Positions 12,819-25,063 of a DNA stretch of 64,000 nucleotides are shown piece after piece. The notes below the pieces were generated by a model, which was not told where the DNA came from, did not search any database, and saw only the letters and a list, made by a program, of their open reading frames with translations. Position numbers and translations under genes: made by a program. Each line of letters opens with the position of its first letter. Within the stretch, counting starts at the first letter, position 1. Source of the DNA: Octopus vulgaris (Eukaryota); assembly GCA_951406725.2 (NCBI GenBank), contig OX597834.1, forward strand, positions 17,670,001 through 17,734,000. Reading direction: 5' to 3'.

Positions 12819-15394
12819 TATTGTAATTTATGAAATAAAAGTAAGAAACATTCTGAGATTTGTATGACTTAATCCCATAGATTTTTTTCGTTTCATTAGA
12901 AAGTGTAACTTTGGGTTTAGTGAGATGACAAAAGCAATAAATCATAACTTGTCTGGGTGCTCAGTTAGTTACTACTAGTTCCATGACTAACCATACTGGT
13001 TTGACGTTTCTGTTGTGTGGTACACTGAAATGTCTTCTGGTAGTCTAACCACACTACATCAAATACCATGATTCATCACTCTTAATTCCTGTATCATTCT
13101 GCTAAGAATGCACAGCACTATATGTCAATTTTTCTGCAGCTTGTCTGCATATTCTACATATTTTAATGTTATTAATGCTACTGTGGTAACATAAAAATCA
13201 GGTATATAATATCTAGTATAAGTTTAGTATAATTTATGACAATAATTGGACAACAATTCTAAGCCTGATTAGCTGAAGTATTTTTGATATGAGAAGAGTG
13301 AGTGCTGTTGATTATTATTATTTGAGCAGAATAAGTGTCTTCCTACTCTTTACTTACCAATTAAGTTCCTGTCATATTTCTTCAACTAATCTGGTCTTGA
13401 TGTTCTGAGAGTTTCTGTTGGAGTTTTAAAAGAATTTCTTCAGTGTTGTTTATTTATTATTCGTTCATTTTATTTGTCATGTTTGTAGTTGCTCTCTTAT
13501 AATTCAGACATCTATTGGACTTTTTATTACTCTGTTCACTAACATATAATCTTGGTAGTCTTATAGTTCTTTTACAAATGCATTTTATTTTTGTTCTGTT
13601 GTTCTTTTTGTTCTGATTTAGATTCTTTGGCAAGCTGATTCACATTCTTTGATTAACGGTTCATCTCTGATTAGGCAGTGCTGTTTTTACTTTTTTTTCA
13701 CTTTTCTCATATATCTGTAAATACCTGTTTCAAACTACACACTCCTTTGCTGAGGATTTCAAATTTCTTGTCCCTAAACTACTTTTCCAATTACATTCTA
13801 TTTGTTTTCTGATATTTTGTGTTATTGTTGTTTAACACTGCATCCTCTCTAACTGACTACAGCTCTAATTGACTATACCTTTAATTCCAGTTATCACCTC
13901 GCCATCCTTTGACAGGGAAACCTAAAACTACATTGTCTAATACAGCTTTCCTGTTTCATATAGTTTTTTCATGTTGGACCACTTTGGTTCAGAATGTTTT
14001 AAAGTATAGAAATGAGAATCTTTCATCTCTTTCAGTGTTAGTATCATGATTGCCGTCTCAGCTTCTGTAGTTTCTGTTCATCTTGCTTCCTGGTTATATC
14101 ATTTCCAAACAGGAAGTGTATTTGTCTTTTATCAGTCTTGCATTGAATTTAATATTGTGTATTTATTTGAGAGGTTCTTCTAAGCATATTTCCAAGGTTG
14201 AAAAACAAGTTTGATATTCAATTCAGAGTAGTTAACATGAGCTATGTGAAAGTGTGTTTGTTGTTGTTTACTATATGTGTGTGTGTATGGGTGTGTGTAT
14301 GTAGGTGAGGTCTATGAATGATTATATCATATTTGAGCCACTGCCATGAAAGAATTGGAGTGCCAAATAAAAAGCAAAATGGCAGAAGCTGAGCACGTAG
14401 GATTAAATATGGTTATTTTATTTCTACATTCCTTCAGTAGTTTGGCAAAAATTTTAGAAACATGAAGTCAGGTGATCATGCAGCATAATTCTGAAATAAA
14501 ATTCCTAATAAACAATGTAAACTTATTGGTTCAATATAACATTATTGGTTAATATAAACATATTTGATATTATTCTAAAGCTTTAGTGTCGATTCAGCTA
14601 GATCTGTTAACAAAATTTGTGAATTCTGAACTGACCCTTGCATATCCATAGGATTTAAGCTTAACCAAATTCTTAATCTATTAAGTACGCAGTAAAGACT
14701 TAGAGAGTATTTGGATTAGATTTCTTTTCTGTATTTAGTTTTAATATCTCACTGTTCTAAAGTGAAATCTTGATGGAGACATCGTCTGACATGGTGAATT
14801 GAGCAAATACCAGATATTAGACAAAATTCTATTAGCTATCTTTTGTAAATTCAGCTTTGTGCCTTATGTTATCTTCCTTAATTTTTCTTAATTGGAATAT
14901 ACACTATTATAGATCCATCCAATTCAGTTGATCTTGAGTCACTGACCCAGTTATTTCATATTCAGTGCAAAACTGAATGGTAAGATTGGCTGAAATGGCT
15001 TTATAATAATGTATACTTTCAGTAACATATCTATCTGTCTGTCTATCTGTCCGTCCATACATACATATTATTTAAAACAGTTTGGTTGAGTTCTATGCAA
15101 CCTAAAGTTTCTCATGACATTAACAGAAGCACCATTTCTTTCAGGCTGTAGATTACCATCTTACAAAGTATCTCACCAATCAAATATACCATTGTTAGGA
15201 ACCCTGTTTCTTTCTGGCTATAGATTACCAAATCTATATCATGAAAGGGATGGGCTTCTGTTAGAGGCCTGCAAAACTTGAAGTTGCATGGAATTGAATA
15301 AAACTGCTTTAAATAATACATATGACTTCCTTCTAAATGTGCTGAGTGCCCTTTTCTTTCATTTGTCCAAACCTTTATGTGTGTGTATATTTTT

Positions 15395-16110
15395 TTGGCC
15401 TTGGGTGCCAGTGTTTGTCCTTTCCCTACCCACTGTCTTCAGTGCTTGCCATTTTTATAGAGAACCCATTTCTCATCACCAGTCACTATTTGGTCCCCCA
15501 AAAGTTCATTTATGAGACATGACAGCAAAGAAGAGCACACCTTCATTCTCTGCATGCAATTAGACTTGGAAAGTTTGTGAGGAACCTATTGACTCAATTT
15601 TTGACTTTTTGAATGGCATGCAGGTGTCAATGAATGGTTAAATTCAAGCTTCTCTGCTAGTCCCTCAATAGATAGGACGGGATTTTGTTGCACTAAGGTT
15701 TGCAGTATGTCTTCATCGAGCTCTACAGATCTTCCAGGACGAGGCTCATCTTGTAGGCTGTAGTTTCTGGCTCAGAATTTCTGGTACCACTATTGACACT
15801 GGTTTATGCTTATTGATCAATCGGCATATACTGCATTAATATTCCTTGCACTTTCTATTGCATTGTTGCTTTTATTGAACTCATTAAGCAAAATATGCCA
15901 AATATTCTCTTTTGTCACTTCCATTATAGCTTTGAAAAAATAACTATTAAAATCGAACTGCACTCTTAAAAACTTGCACAAAGAATAAGGACAAGGTAAA
16001 TTTACTACCTGCTTTTATAGCAAGTTGATGCAGGTAATTTATCCTGCCACCATCTGACTTTTAGTTCATGCAATTGAAAAACACCGCATTATTTATGGGA
16101 TGATCCAATA
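15395..16110 (-). mobile_element. mariner transposase pseudogene (N-terminal HTH to first catalytic D)
   Basis: Minus strand reads ENIWHILLNEFNKSNNAIESARNINAVY, SLQDEPRPGRSVELDEDIL, *VPHKLS (WVPHEL motif) and QIVTGDEKWVLY. TIR-like end near 16085-16110. Stops present. Confidence 0.88.
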
Positions 16111-16749
16111 AATATGTATACATTTATATATATACATACACATATACATGTGCATGCTTTGTAATTGCTTTTGTTCATATATTTATGTATATGAATGTGT
16201 GTTGTGAATGTTTGTATCTTATATATATGTTTGTATTCAGGTATGTAATATATTGTTTCTATGCTTTTAAGTCATAAACAGTTATAATTTTACAGAATAA
16301 ATCTCTGACATACATGTACACTGTTATATGTGCCAACATAAACAAGGATATATATTCATATAAGAATATATATAATCTGCTTTATGTATAGAAATCTCCT
16401 TTTCGTGTTGGCTAAACCAAACGTATTTGTGTATACGATTCTATGTACCTCAAATTTATCTGCCAGATGTTTCAGAAACTAAATGAAAAAAAGAGTAAGC
16501 TAACAAATTGAGAGCAAAATAAATAAATAAACAGTATCCCTCTCCAATTTTACTCAGTAATGTTTTCCAAGATAACAGATAACCGTTTTATTGTGTAATG
16601 TTGTAAGTTTAAGGAGGAGACTTGTATCGTTACAATCTTGTGTACATGTGCAGAAGACATGTAGAGATGGATACACACAAACACGCACATATGTGCGTGT
16701 ATGTGTTGTGCCTGTGAATATATGTTCTTGTACATGCATGTGTAAATGT

Positions 16750-16758
16750 GAGTGTGTG

Positions 16759-16791
<33 letters not shown>

Positions 16792-16892
16792 GTATATGTA
16801 TATATATATATGTATATATATATATATGTATATGTATATATATATATATGTATATGTATATATATATGTATATGTATATATATATGTATATA

Positions 16893-16967
<75 letters not shown>

Positions 16968-17007
16968 ATGTATATATATATATGTATATGTATGTATATG
17001 TATATAT

Positions 17008-17041
<34 letters not shown>

Positions 17042-17130
17042 ATGTATATGTATATATATATATATGTATATATATGTATATATATATGTATATATATATG
17101 TATATATATATATGAATATATATACACACA
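16750..17130. repeat. Long (TA)n/(TATG) compound microsatellite, about 380 bp
   Basis: Directly visible. Confidence 0.97.
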
Positions 17131-17989
17131 TACAAATATTTTTACATTTGTTTGTTTGTGCGTATTTATATATCAACAATATCATCATCGTCATCATTTA
17201 ACGTCCATCTTCCATGCTTCCATACCGGTATTGGTTGGATAGTTTGATAAATCTGACAAGTCAGAGAATTGTGTTATATTCCACTCTCTTTCCCCGTTCT
17301 CTCTTTCTCTCTCTCCCTTTTCTCTGATTTACATCTTATGGTTGCCATATATCATCCTTAACACCCTCTCATATCTTCTATCATTCTTAACATCCTCTCA
17401 TATCTGTCATCAACCTCCCCCATCACCTTTGCTACTCACTATACCCATCCCTATGTACCTCTGACCTCCACCTCTGTCATTGTGCATCTCTTTCTCCACA
17501 CTCCCCATTTACCCACCCATCCAATACATCTCCCTATTTCTCATCTCTGTATGGTTTTATTATAATACCTATTTCCAACCTTTTTGTACTGCTACTTATT
17601 GCGTTCTCCTTTATAAGTCACTCCTATTTCTTTTACCTTCTACCCACCAACTCGTATTCACCACTGGCCACACCTCCACCCTTATTCACCTTTCACTACA
17701 TTCACTTCTACCCCCATCTCTAACCATCTGCTTCTCTCATCTCACACTCTTCCAATCATACTCACCAATTCTTTTCAATCCTGTTTCCCTTTTCTTTCTT
17801 CTACTCACTTCTTGTATATTCAGGGTATACCCTAACATCTTGTCACTACCATTTTTGTCTATTTTGCTAGTTACTCCAACCATTATATAATATGAAGTAG
17901 CCAGGTGTCTTCTCTGTTGCAAGACTCCAGTTCCTGTCCATCTATCATACTTTGGCCTGTCAAACACCTGGTGTAAAGCCACCTCCCTC

Positions 17990-18252
17990 TTTATTATACC
18001 CCCACGTAGTTGAGGGGGATTTTTTTTCATTTTGTTTTTAAAGTTCCTTGGTGACCTCACTAGTTCCAGTGCCATGAAAATTAGCACCCTGTACACTTTG
18101 AAAATTAGTTGTCATTAGGAAAAGCATTCAACTGTAGAAACAGTGCCAAAGCAGACATCGAAACTCAATGCAATGCCTGAGCTCATCAGATCTTGTTGAA
18201 CCAATTAACCCTTGCCAGCATAGAAGTAGATATCAAATGATGATAATGATGA
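17990..18252 (+). mobile_element. Degenerate RTE-tail-type SINE/LINE end
   Basis: gttgtcattaggaaagcattcaactgtagaaac...aacccttgccagcatagaagtagatatcaaatgatgataatg is a diverged version of the tail at 6791 and 19930. Confidence 0.65.
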
Positions 18253-19292
18253 AGTGTGTGTACAAGAATGTGTGTGTATAGTGTATATATGTGAGAATGT
18301 CACAATCATCTAATACAATGAACTGACACTAATAACACTAACAAAATTTTTGTTTTCTTTTCTTTGGGCAGTAAGTGTAATTTCCTGTTTACTTCTATCT
18401 AGAAATCAAAGGAAATGACAACTATTCTCTTCAAAATTTGCTTTTGTGACCAGTTTTGAAACTGGCCTAGATTCAGTGCTGAGATGCTAAATCAGAAATG
18501 TTGTTATAGCAAATATTCTGCTTAATACCAGAAATTTGCTTGTCAGTTACTTGACCTTAGCCATTTGAGCATGTCCCTTAGTGACTGACAATATGTGCAT
18601 TTCTGATCATGAGCAGGAGTAGTGGGGGTGCATCATAGACATGTGCTGGGAAGGATTCTTTGGGGTTTGAATAAATGCAACAAAAGCAAAGTTTGGAGGA
18701 AACACTAGCTCATTTTTCATATTTTCTAGGGGTAAGCACATAGGAAATAACAGTTGCTACCCTAGGACAAAAATTGTGTTACACAATATATTACCAAAAT
18801 ACTGAAGTCCAAAACCTTCTTATTAGTAGCACACCACAAGTATGTAAACTTGAGTACATACTACAAATTAATGTAATTTGTGTTTTTGTCTGTAAAAGTT
18901 CTGAACATCATGATCCTAACTGCTTTATTGACCATATGAGCACAACACTCATCTAGGCTCACCAAGCATTTATAAGGAGCAGTTGCAGCACACTTCACCA
19001 CACACATACTATAAAACAAAGCTAGATAGAAAAATATTAACAGATAGCACATACTATATAGAATCCTCCACAAAAATAGACAATTAATAATGGAAGAAAT
19101 ACTCATTTCATTACACAAAGCCCAAATAAACTCTCAGACAGTATAGGCACATCACATGCCTATGATTGATGACATGTAAAGGCTAAAATATGTGCCTGTT
19201 GATGTAGAAATCTAACAAAATTCTGGCAACAAAGTCTGCATAAATAAAGTTGCATATTATAAAGGAAGTTGTACACAAGCCAACACTATTTC

Positions 19293-20086
19293 TGGTCATG
19301 TGGCGAGAATGGATGAAGATAGGTGTGTGAAAAAGTGCCAATCCCTAGCAGTGGAGGGAACCCGTGGAAGAGGTAGACCCAGGAAAACTTGGGACGAGGT
19401 GGTGAAGCACGACCTTCGAACTTTAGGTCTCACTGAGGAAATGACCAGCGACCGAGACCTTTGGAAATATGCTGTGCGTGAAAAGACCAGGCAGGACAAG
19501 TGAGTCCAGCCCACTTATGCATGCCTTTCCTCCCTTGGACACACAAAGACCTGTTGAGGCAAGCGAAGTCGATATCGAACCTCATCCAACGACAGGCACC
19601 CATGCCTACGAAGACCTGTTGGGGCAAGTGAAATCGAAATCGGAATCGAAATTGAACCAATCCTATGACTGGCACCCGCCAGATGCCAGGACCCCTGGAC
19701 TGGAGATACGTAAAAAGCACTATCTGAATCGTGGCCGATGCCAGTGCCGCCTCGACTGGCTTCCGTGTCGGTGGCACGTAAAAAGCACCATCCGAATCGT
19801 GGCCGAAGCCAGTGCCGCTTCGACTGGCTTCCGTGCCGGTGGCACGTAAAATGCACCAATCCGACCGTGGCCGATGCCAGCCTCGCCTGGCACCAGTGCA
19901 GGTGGCACGTAAAAAGCACCCACTACACTCATGGAGTGGTTGGCGTTAGGAAGGGCATCCAGCTATAGAAACATTGCCAGATAAGACCGGAGCCTGGTGT
20001 AGCCTTCTGGCTTCCCAGATCCCCGGTCGAATCGTCCAACCCATGCTAGCATGGAGAACGGACGTTAAACGATGATGATGATGATG
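19293..20086 (+). mobile_element. Young 5'-truncated RTE-clade LINE: ORF2 C-terminus (to 19503), structured 3' UTR and (GAT)n tail
   Basis: Uninterrupted GHVARMDEDRCVKKCQSLAVEGTRGRGRPRKTWDEVVKHDL...DRDLWKYAV is the canonical RTE C-terminus. CpGs are intact, and the UTR carries tandem units of about 63-68 bp. Confidence 0.92.
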
Positions 20087-20228
20087 TAAAGGTCAAGTTG
20101 ACTGGACTTCACAATCAGTTTGACTTCACACCCTCAGTAAATGTTCAGTTTTTATTGAACTTGTTTTAAAATAATAACCTTATCTGTACAGTTGAAATAT
20201 ATATATGTGTGTGTGTGTGTGTATATAT

Positions 20229-20400
20229 CAGGCTGAGTAATAAGTAAGCAATGTTTTAAAACATGAAATTCATCACAATATATTTCAACAATGCAGATAT
20301 TTTATTCATCAAAGTAAGTACCACTACAATCAACACATTTTTGCAAATGAGCTACAAGTTTGTTTATTCTGGTAACATAAGAATCTGGAGTTACACCTTT
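20229..20400 (-). mobile_element. mariner 3' end fragment with TIR
   Basis: Minus strand reads TPDSYVTRINKLVAHLQKCVDCSGTYFDE*, matching FY..GI.KLV.RWQKCV...G.YF. Ends in TA. Confidence 0.75.
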
Positions 20401-20487
20401 TATCAATTCAATAATGAAAAATTAAATTATACCAATTAGAAAAATTACATATTATAGAAAGATTAAATATAAGATAAATTATTATTA

Positions 20488-20514
20488 TGTATATATATAT
20501 ATACATACATACCT

Positions 20515-20545
<31 letters not shown>

Positions 20546-20555
20546 CATACATACA

Positions 20556-20589
<34 letters not shown>

Positions 20590-20641
20590 CATATGTATAT
20601 ATATATATATATATACACATATATATGTATATATGTATATA

Positions 20642-20690
<49 letters not shown>
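20488..20690. repeat. (TA)n/(CA)n/(CATA)n microsatellite
   Basis: Directly visible. Confidence 0.95.
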
Positions 20691-20695
<5 letters not shown>

Positions 20696-21039
20696 ATGCT
20701 ATGAACCTACCCTTTGCATCCCGATCCACCACCATCGGAGATAACAGAAAATAGTCAGCACATCCAAATCTATATAGACGAATGAATTCGTATTTGTTTA
20801 TATGGATTTATATATATATAAAATCATCATCATTGTTTTAATGTCCACTTGAGTCAGACAAAATTTGTCGTGGAAAATTTTCTACTGCTGGATGACCTTC
20901 CTGTCACCAACCCTCACCTGTTTGCTAGTAAGTTACTATTTCCCTTGATTAGAAAGGTTTTTACTGAAGATTAGATATGAAAAGTACTATTCATAAGCTG
21001 GTGATACTTGCTTACAATTATCATATGATCTCACACACA

Positions 21040-21190
21040 CACAGAGCTTTTTTCAGTTTTCATCTAACAAAGCTGCTCACAAGGCTTTGGTCAGCTGGAG
21101 GCTATAGTAGAAAACACTTGCCCTATAGTGGGATTGAACTGAAAACCATATGGTTGAGAAGTGAACGTCTCACCACACAATGCCCTGCCA
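21040..21190 (-). mobile_element. tRNA-derived SINE 5' part (family of 37547), degenerate
   Basis: ctcacaaggctttggtcagctggaggctatagtagaaaacacttgccc...caccacaca matches the reverse complement of the 37547 copy. Confidence 0.75.
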
Positions 21191-22049
21191 CATATATGTT
21201 TGTATGTGTTTGTACATGCATGTTTGTTTGTGTTTTTATGTTCATAAGTGTGTATATATGTGTTCAAATTTATCTGTATGTGCATGAGTGTATATGTGCT
21301 TGAATGTGAGGATGTTTGTGTGTACATGCATGTGTATGTATGTATTTTTGGGGGCTTTATTCTATGGTTCTTCCTTTGCAGAGTTCAAGTCAGTCACTAA
21401 CAAAGTGGCAAGGCTTTTTAGTTTAAGTCAAGATGAGTGTTGGGGTTTTGTGGTCAGTTGAATTGGTTGATATCTGCATAAATGAGTACATGTTATGTGC
21501 ATGTGTAGATAAACTTGCACTTATTGGTGTATATGCCATTATTCTTTGTGTTTGCATGTGTATGCATTCTATATATATATATATATATGTGATTATGTAC
21601 ATATGTTCACCCGAGACATCAAATGGAGAATACCTGTAATGTTTTTTGAATTTTTATTGTTCCTCTACTCGAATATATCTGGAGGATGTGAATCAGTTTG
21701 TTTTGCCATTTAAAAATTTTTTTTGCAGAATCCAAACATATCTAAGTCTCCCTGCACTTATGGTAATTGGAACAAATAAAAATCTGTGGCCTGGATACTA
21801 GAGCTGTAGGTTTAGTTCTCTTTAGTTCTCCATGGATGTTCTCCCTTCCTCCAAGTTTGGAAGAGACATTCATGCTCACTGGGCTACTGATCTCTGCATT
21901 CTTGTTTGCCTTTTTCCTCCCTGTCCTTTGCTGTTATATCTAGCCTGTTGTGCTTACTCTGGGTTGCTGTTTTTATTGGAATGTTCCACCAATATTCTGA
22001 ACTTTTAAAGATATAGATACTCTCTGCTGGTGGCTGATGCACAGGAGCA

Positions 22050-22205
22050 ATAACACTACAAGCACACAGGAAATAGATTCTCTTAAAGGCTTATGAGGAC
22101 TCCTTAGAAGTAGTTAATAGCTTTTGTTACCTATTTGACCTAATTAGAAGTAGAAGAAGGTATTCTAAAAGTACAGACACCAAAATAAGAACTGACTGGA
22201 AACAT
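22050..22205 (+). mobile_element. RTE ORF2 internal fragment
   Basis: LEVVNSFCYLFDLI...TKIRTDWK resembles LEVVDSFCYLGD.I.....RI..AW.K. Confidence 0.55.
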
Positions 22206-22614
22206 ATTAAAGCTACTTGTATGAATTTATAAGAATATCTTTTACTCTACTCACAGGCTGACCAATCTTGTGAGTGGATTTGGCAGACAGTAATTGAAAG
22301 AAGTGTGCCCTATCTGTCTGTCTATTACTGGTGTGTGTGTGTTTATATATGTATGTGTATATGTGTGTGTGTATATATATATAAACACAGTGTAATTCAA
22401 CTCCACATGACAAAGTTTCATGGACACATAGACCTTGCCTTGGAACATCTGATGATGTCCTATGCACAACGGAACTTTCAAGTCATGTGGAGTTGAATCA
22501 GACTGTTGTTAAATACATGTAATTCCATTGAAATGTGTTGAGTACTGCTTTATTTTGTTTGCTCACTCACTTGTTTTTATGTGCGCATGTGCATGTATGT
22601 GTGTGTATTGCATG

Positions 22615-23460
22615 CAGTGTGTTCAGGTTAAATTTGATAGTTTGCATAAAATGTAAAGAAAGCACAATATCCCATCTGAAATTATAAGTTATTTCAAAGA
22701 ATAAAAAAAAAATCACCTTGATTATGGTTGCGAGATAACAGTTTACTCAAAGTAACCACCCTCTTCTTCCACCATGGTCTCATGATGGCGCTAGAACCTG
22801 GTACATGCATTCCTCACTGTGTCCCTGGGAAGATGTTCAAACACCTCCTTGATCTTGGTGTTGCAAGCAGAGCAGTTGGTGTCTTTCTTGACTGTGCCTC
22901 ACACATAATAATCCATGGGATTACAATCGGAGGAATAAGGGGGCCAGAAACTGAGGCTCATGATGTAGATATTCTCCAGCAACCACTTCTAACTCTTTCT
23001 TGAAGTATGGCAGGGAATGGAATGTGGCTTCCACACATACGGCCTTTCAGCAGTTTCATATAGGTGTTTGAATGGAGCTTAAGGTCCTGTTCAAAAACCT
23101 GTGGTGGCATGACATCACCTTCACTGGATATAAGTCCAAAAAAGGCTGCTGGTCATAGCTTTGTAGTCTTTGTTGCAGCTGCACATATCATGTCTTAAAG
23201 CCTTTACAATGTTCACAGAGCATTCTTTTCTACTCGAGGCACAAGGCCTGAAATTTTTGGGGAAGGGGCCAGTTGATTAGATCAACCCAAGTATACAACT
23301 GGTACTTAACATATCGATCCCGAAAGGATGAAAGGCAAAGTCAACCTCGGCAGAATTTGAACCTAGAATGTAAAGACAGACGAAATACTACTAACCATTT
23401 CACCTGGCATGCTCGCCACCTTAGTGTTCACAGAGCATTTAGCAGCAGTCATGATATTGG
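22615..23460 (-). mobile_element. Tc1/mariner DD37D (maT)-like transposase fragment interrupted by a SINE
   Basis: Minus strand reads FWPPYSSDCNPMDYYV..VKKDTN..LPRDTVRNACTRF*RHHETMVEEEGGYFE*, matching the WPP.SPD.NP.DYYVW motif. Confidence 0.8.
23225..23424 (-). mobile_element. Meta/MESC-like tRNA-SINE with 15-bp TSD
   Basis: Family sequence flanked by the direct repeat tgttcacagagcatt at 23210-23224 and 23425-23439. Confidence 0.9.
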
Positions 23461-23546
23461 TATTTTGAATCATCATGGTATAGGTAAATCTCTTCCAATA
23501 TGCAGATGGCTCCAGTCCTCCATGTTAGCTAAATTTTGGTGCAAAT

Positions 23547-23574
23547 CTGACGAAGAGCTCCGCTCGAAACGTTA
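23547..23574 (+). ncRNA. Minimal type-I hammerhead ribozyme core, Penelope pseudo-LTR type
   Basis: CTGACGA-a-GAGC-tcc-GCTC-GAAACGTTA contains the CUGANGA box, a 4-bp helix II, the GAAA box and a palindromic (AACGTT) helix III. Helix I pairs poorly in this copy. Confidence 0.7.
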
Positions 23575-23679
23575 AATCCTCCTTCTTTCTTTCCTTGCCT
23601 GAGCGTCCAATAACTCTATACTTGTTCCATGTCCTCTCGTTGTTGTGTTTCCTCTTTGTGTTTTCATGTTTGGATTATG

Positions 23680-23710
<31 letters not shown>

Positions 23711-23807
23711 CCACACACGCACACACATAGCATATATATATATATTTGTATATATATACCTATCTATACACACACACAAACGTATGTAATATATATATAT
23801 ATATAAG

Positions 23808-24058
23808 TGGAGGCGCATGGCTTAGAGGTTAGGGTGTCAGCATCATGATCGTAAGATTGTGGTTTCGGTTCCTGGACCAGGCGATGCGTTGTGTTCTTGA
23901 GCAAAACACTTCATTTCACGTTGCTCCAGTCCACTCAGCTGGCAAAAATGAGTTACGCTGTGTTGAACTGGCGTCCCGTCCAGCTGGGGAACACATACGC
24001 CATTGAAACCAGGAAACCGGTCCCATGAGCCTGGCTAGGCTTTAAAAGGGCGCATTTA
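23808..24058 (+). mobile_element. tRNA-derived SINE with CORE-like and V-like segments
   Basis: A-box tggcttagaggtt and B-box ggtttcggttcc, then gtgttcttgagcaaaacacttcatttc and actggcgtcccgtccag. Inserted in a (TA)n tract. Confidence 0.8.
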
Positions 24059-24846
24059 TATTTTTATTATATATATATATATGGTCCAACCCATGCCAGC
24101 ATGGAAGGCGGACGTTAAACGATGATGATGATGATCTATATATGTATATGTATAAATATATATATATTTTTGCGCACGCGCGCGTGCCTGACTGCATGTT
24201 CAATTATATGTGTATGTTCATATCTGTGCGCTTGATTATACATTTCATGCATATGTGTTTAATTGGAATGTGTATGTGTGTACGCACGCACGCACGTGTG
24301 TGAGCATATATGTCAGAGCGATGCTAGTGATTCTTAATACATGTATAACTTTATATTTTTCCTTCCTTCTCCTCGAAGCCAGCATGCAAGCATAATTTGT
24401 ATATTCCTTCCAAAACTTTTCTGAGCACACTACCGCGAGGAAATGTATTTATTTTTTTTAATATTATAAATCTGTTTATTATTTATAATTAATGCAATTT
24501 AATGTTCAACTTGTGTATAGAGTTTTAAGCATAGTTTGTTTCCTATTCTGGAATCTGAGGAATAATCTGAAAGAAAGACAAGAAAAGTGAAACGCATTCA
24601 TCCAACCACACTCACACAAACTTATCATAGATACACAGATTTAGGAAAAGAAAGGTATATTTATCTCTTCAGCACCACTTACTACCGCTTCTCTCTTTTA
24701 TAAGTTTGTAAATGAAACTAGTTAATTTTTGCATTCGAGTATTATTTACCTAATAGGTATATTCTTTTAAAGAAAAATACCAGTTAGATTATTTATTTTA
24801 TTTATAGAAATTTTACTTCTTTATTCATCTTGTTTTATCTTGTCTA

Positions 24847-24970
24847 ATGACGTCATGGGCGGGGGTGATTGTGAGATTTTGGACCAAAAGTGAGGAACTC
24901 TTTGGAAATTATCAACAACAATAACAGAAGCAACTCCGAAGTTGTTTGTTTCAAAGGCCTAATAGGAAGT
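24847..24970. promoter_or_regulatory. Candidate Pol II promoter: palindromic CRE, GC box and ETS-like site
   Basis: ATGACGTCAT (24847-24856) is immediately followed by GGGCGGGG (24857-24864); AGGAAGT lies at 24964-24970. Unique, CpG-retaining sequence. Confidence 0.55.
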
Positions 24971-24987
24971 AACGTTGTCGAGCTGTT

Positions 24988-25063
24988 ATGAAGAAAGCAA
25001 AAGAAATGTCACTGCTGAAAGATTTAGAGAAAGTATTGAAGACTATGGGTAAAAAGTACCCTG
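24988..25063 (+). CDS. Putative first coding exon (MKKAKEMSLLKDLEKVLKTMGKKYP, phase 1); product unidentified
   Basis: Open frame from an ATG downstream of the promoter motifs, ending at a consensus donor CTG|GTAAGT. No convincing in-frame second exon was found, so it may be non-coding. Confidence 0.35.

Noticed and set aside
16550-17242. ORFs up to 215 aa of poly-(IY)
   Set aside because: (TA)n microsatellite read-through in all six frames.
18560-18680. GC-richer block whose minus strand ends in CTAAGGGAC, like HDV J4/2-P2
   Set aside because: I could not build the nested double pseudoknot; it is probably an interspersed-repeat fragment.
19430-19968. Several 70-134 aa ORFs with repeated WLPCRWHVKS peptides; CRISPR-like periodicity
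   Set aside because: They derive from GC-rich tandem units in a LINE 3' UTR. There are no unique spacers or cas genes, and the context is eukaryotic.
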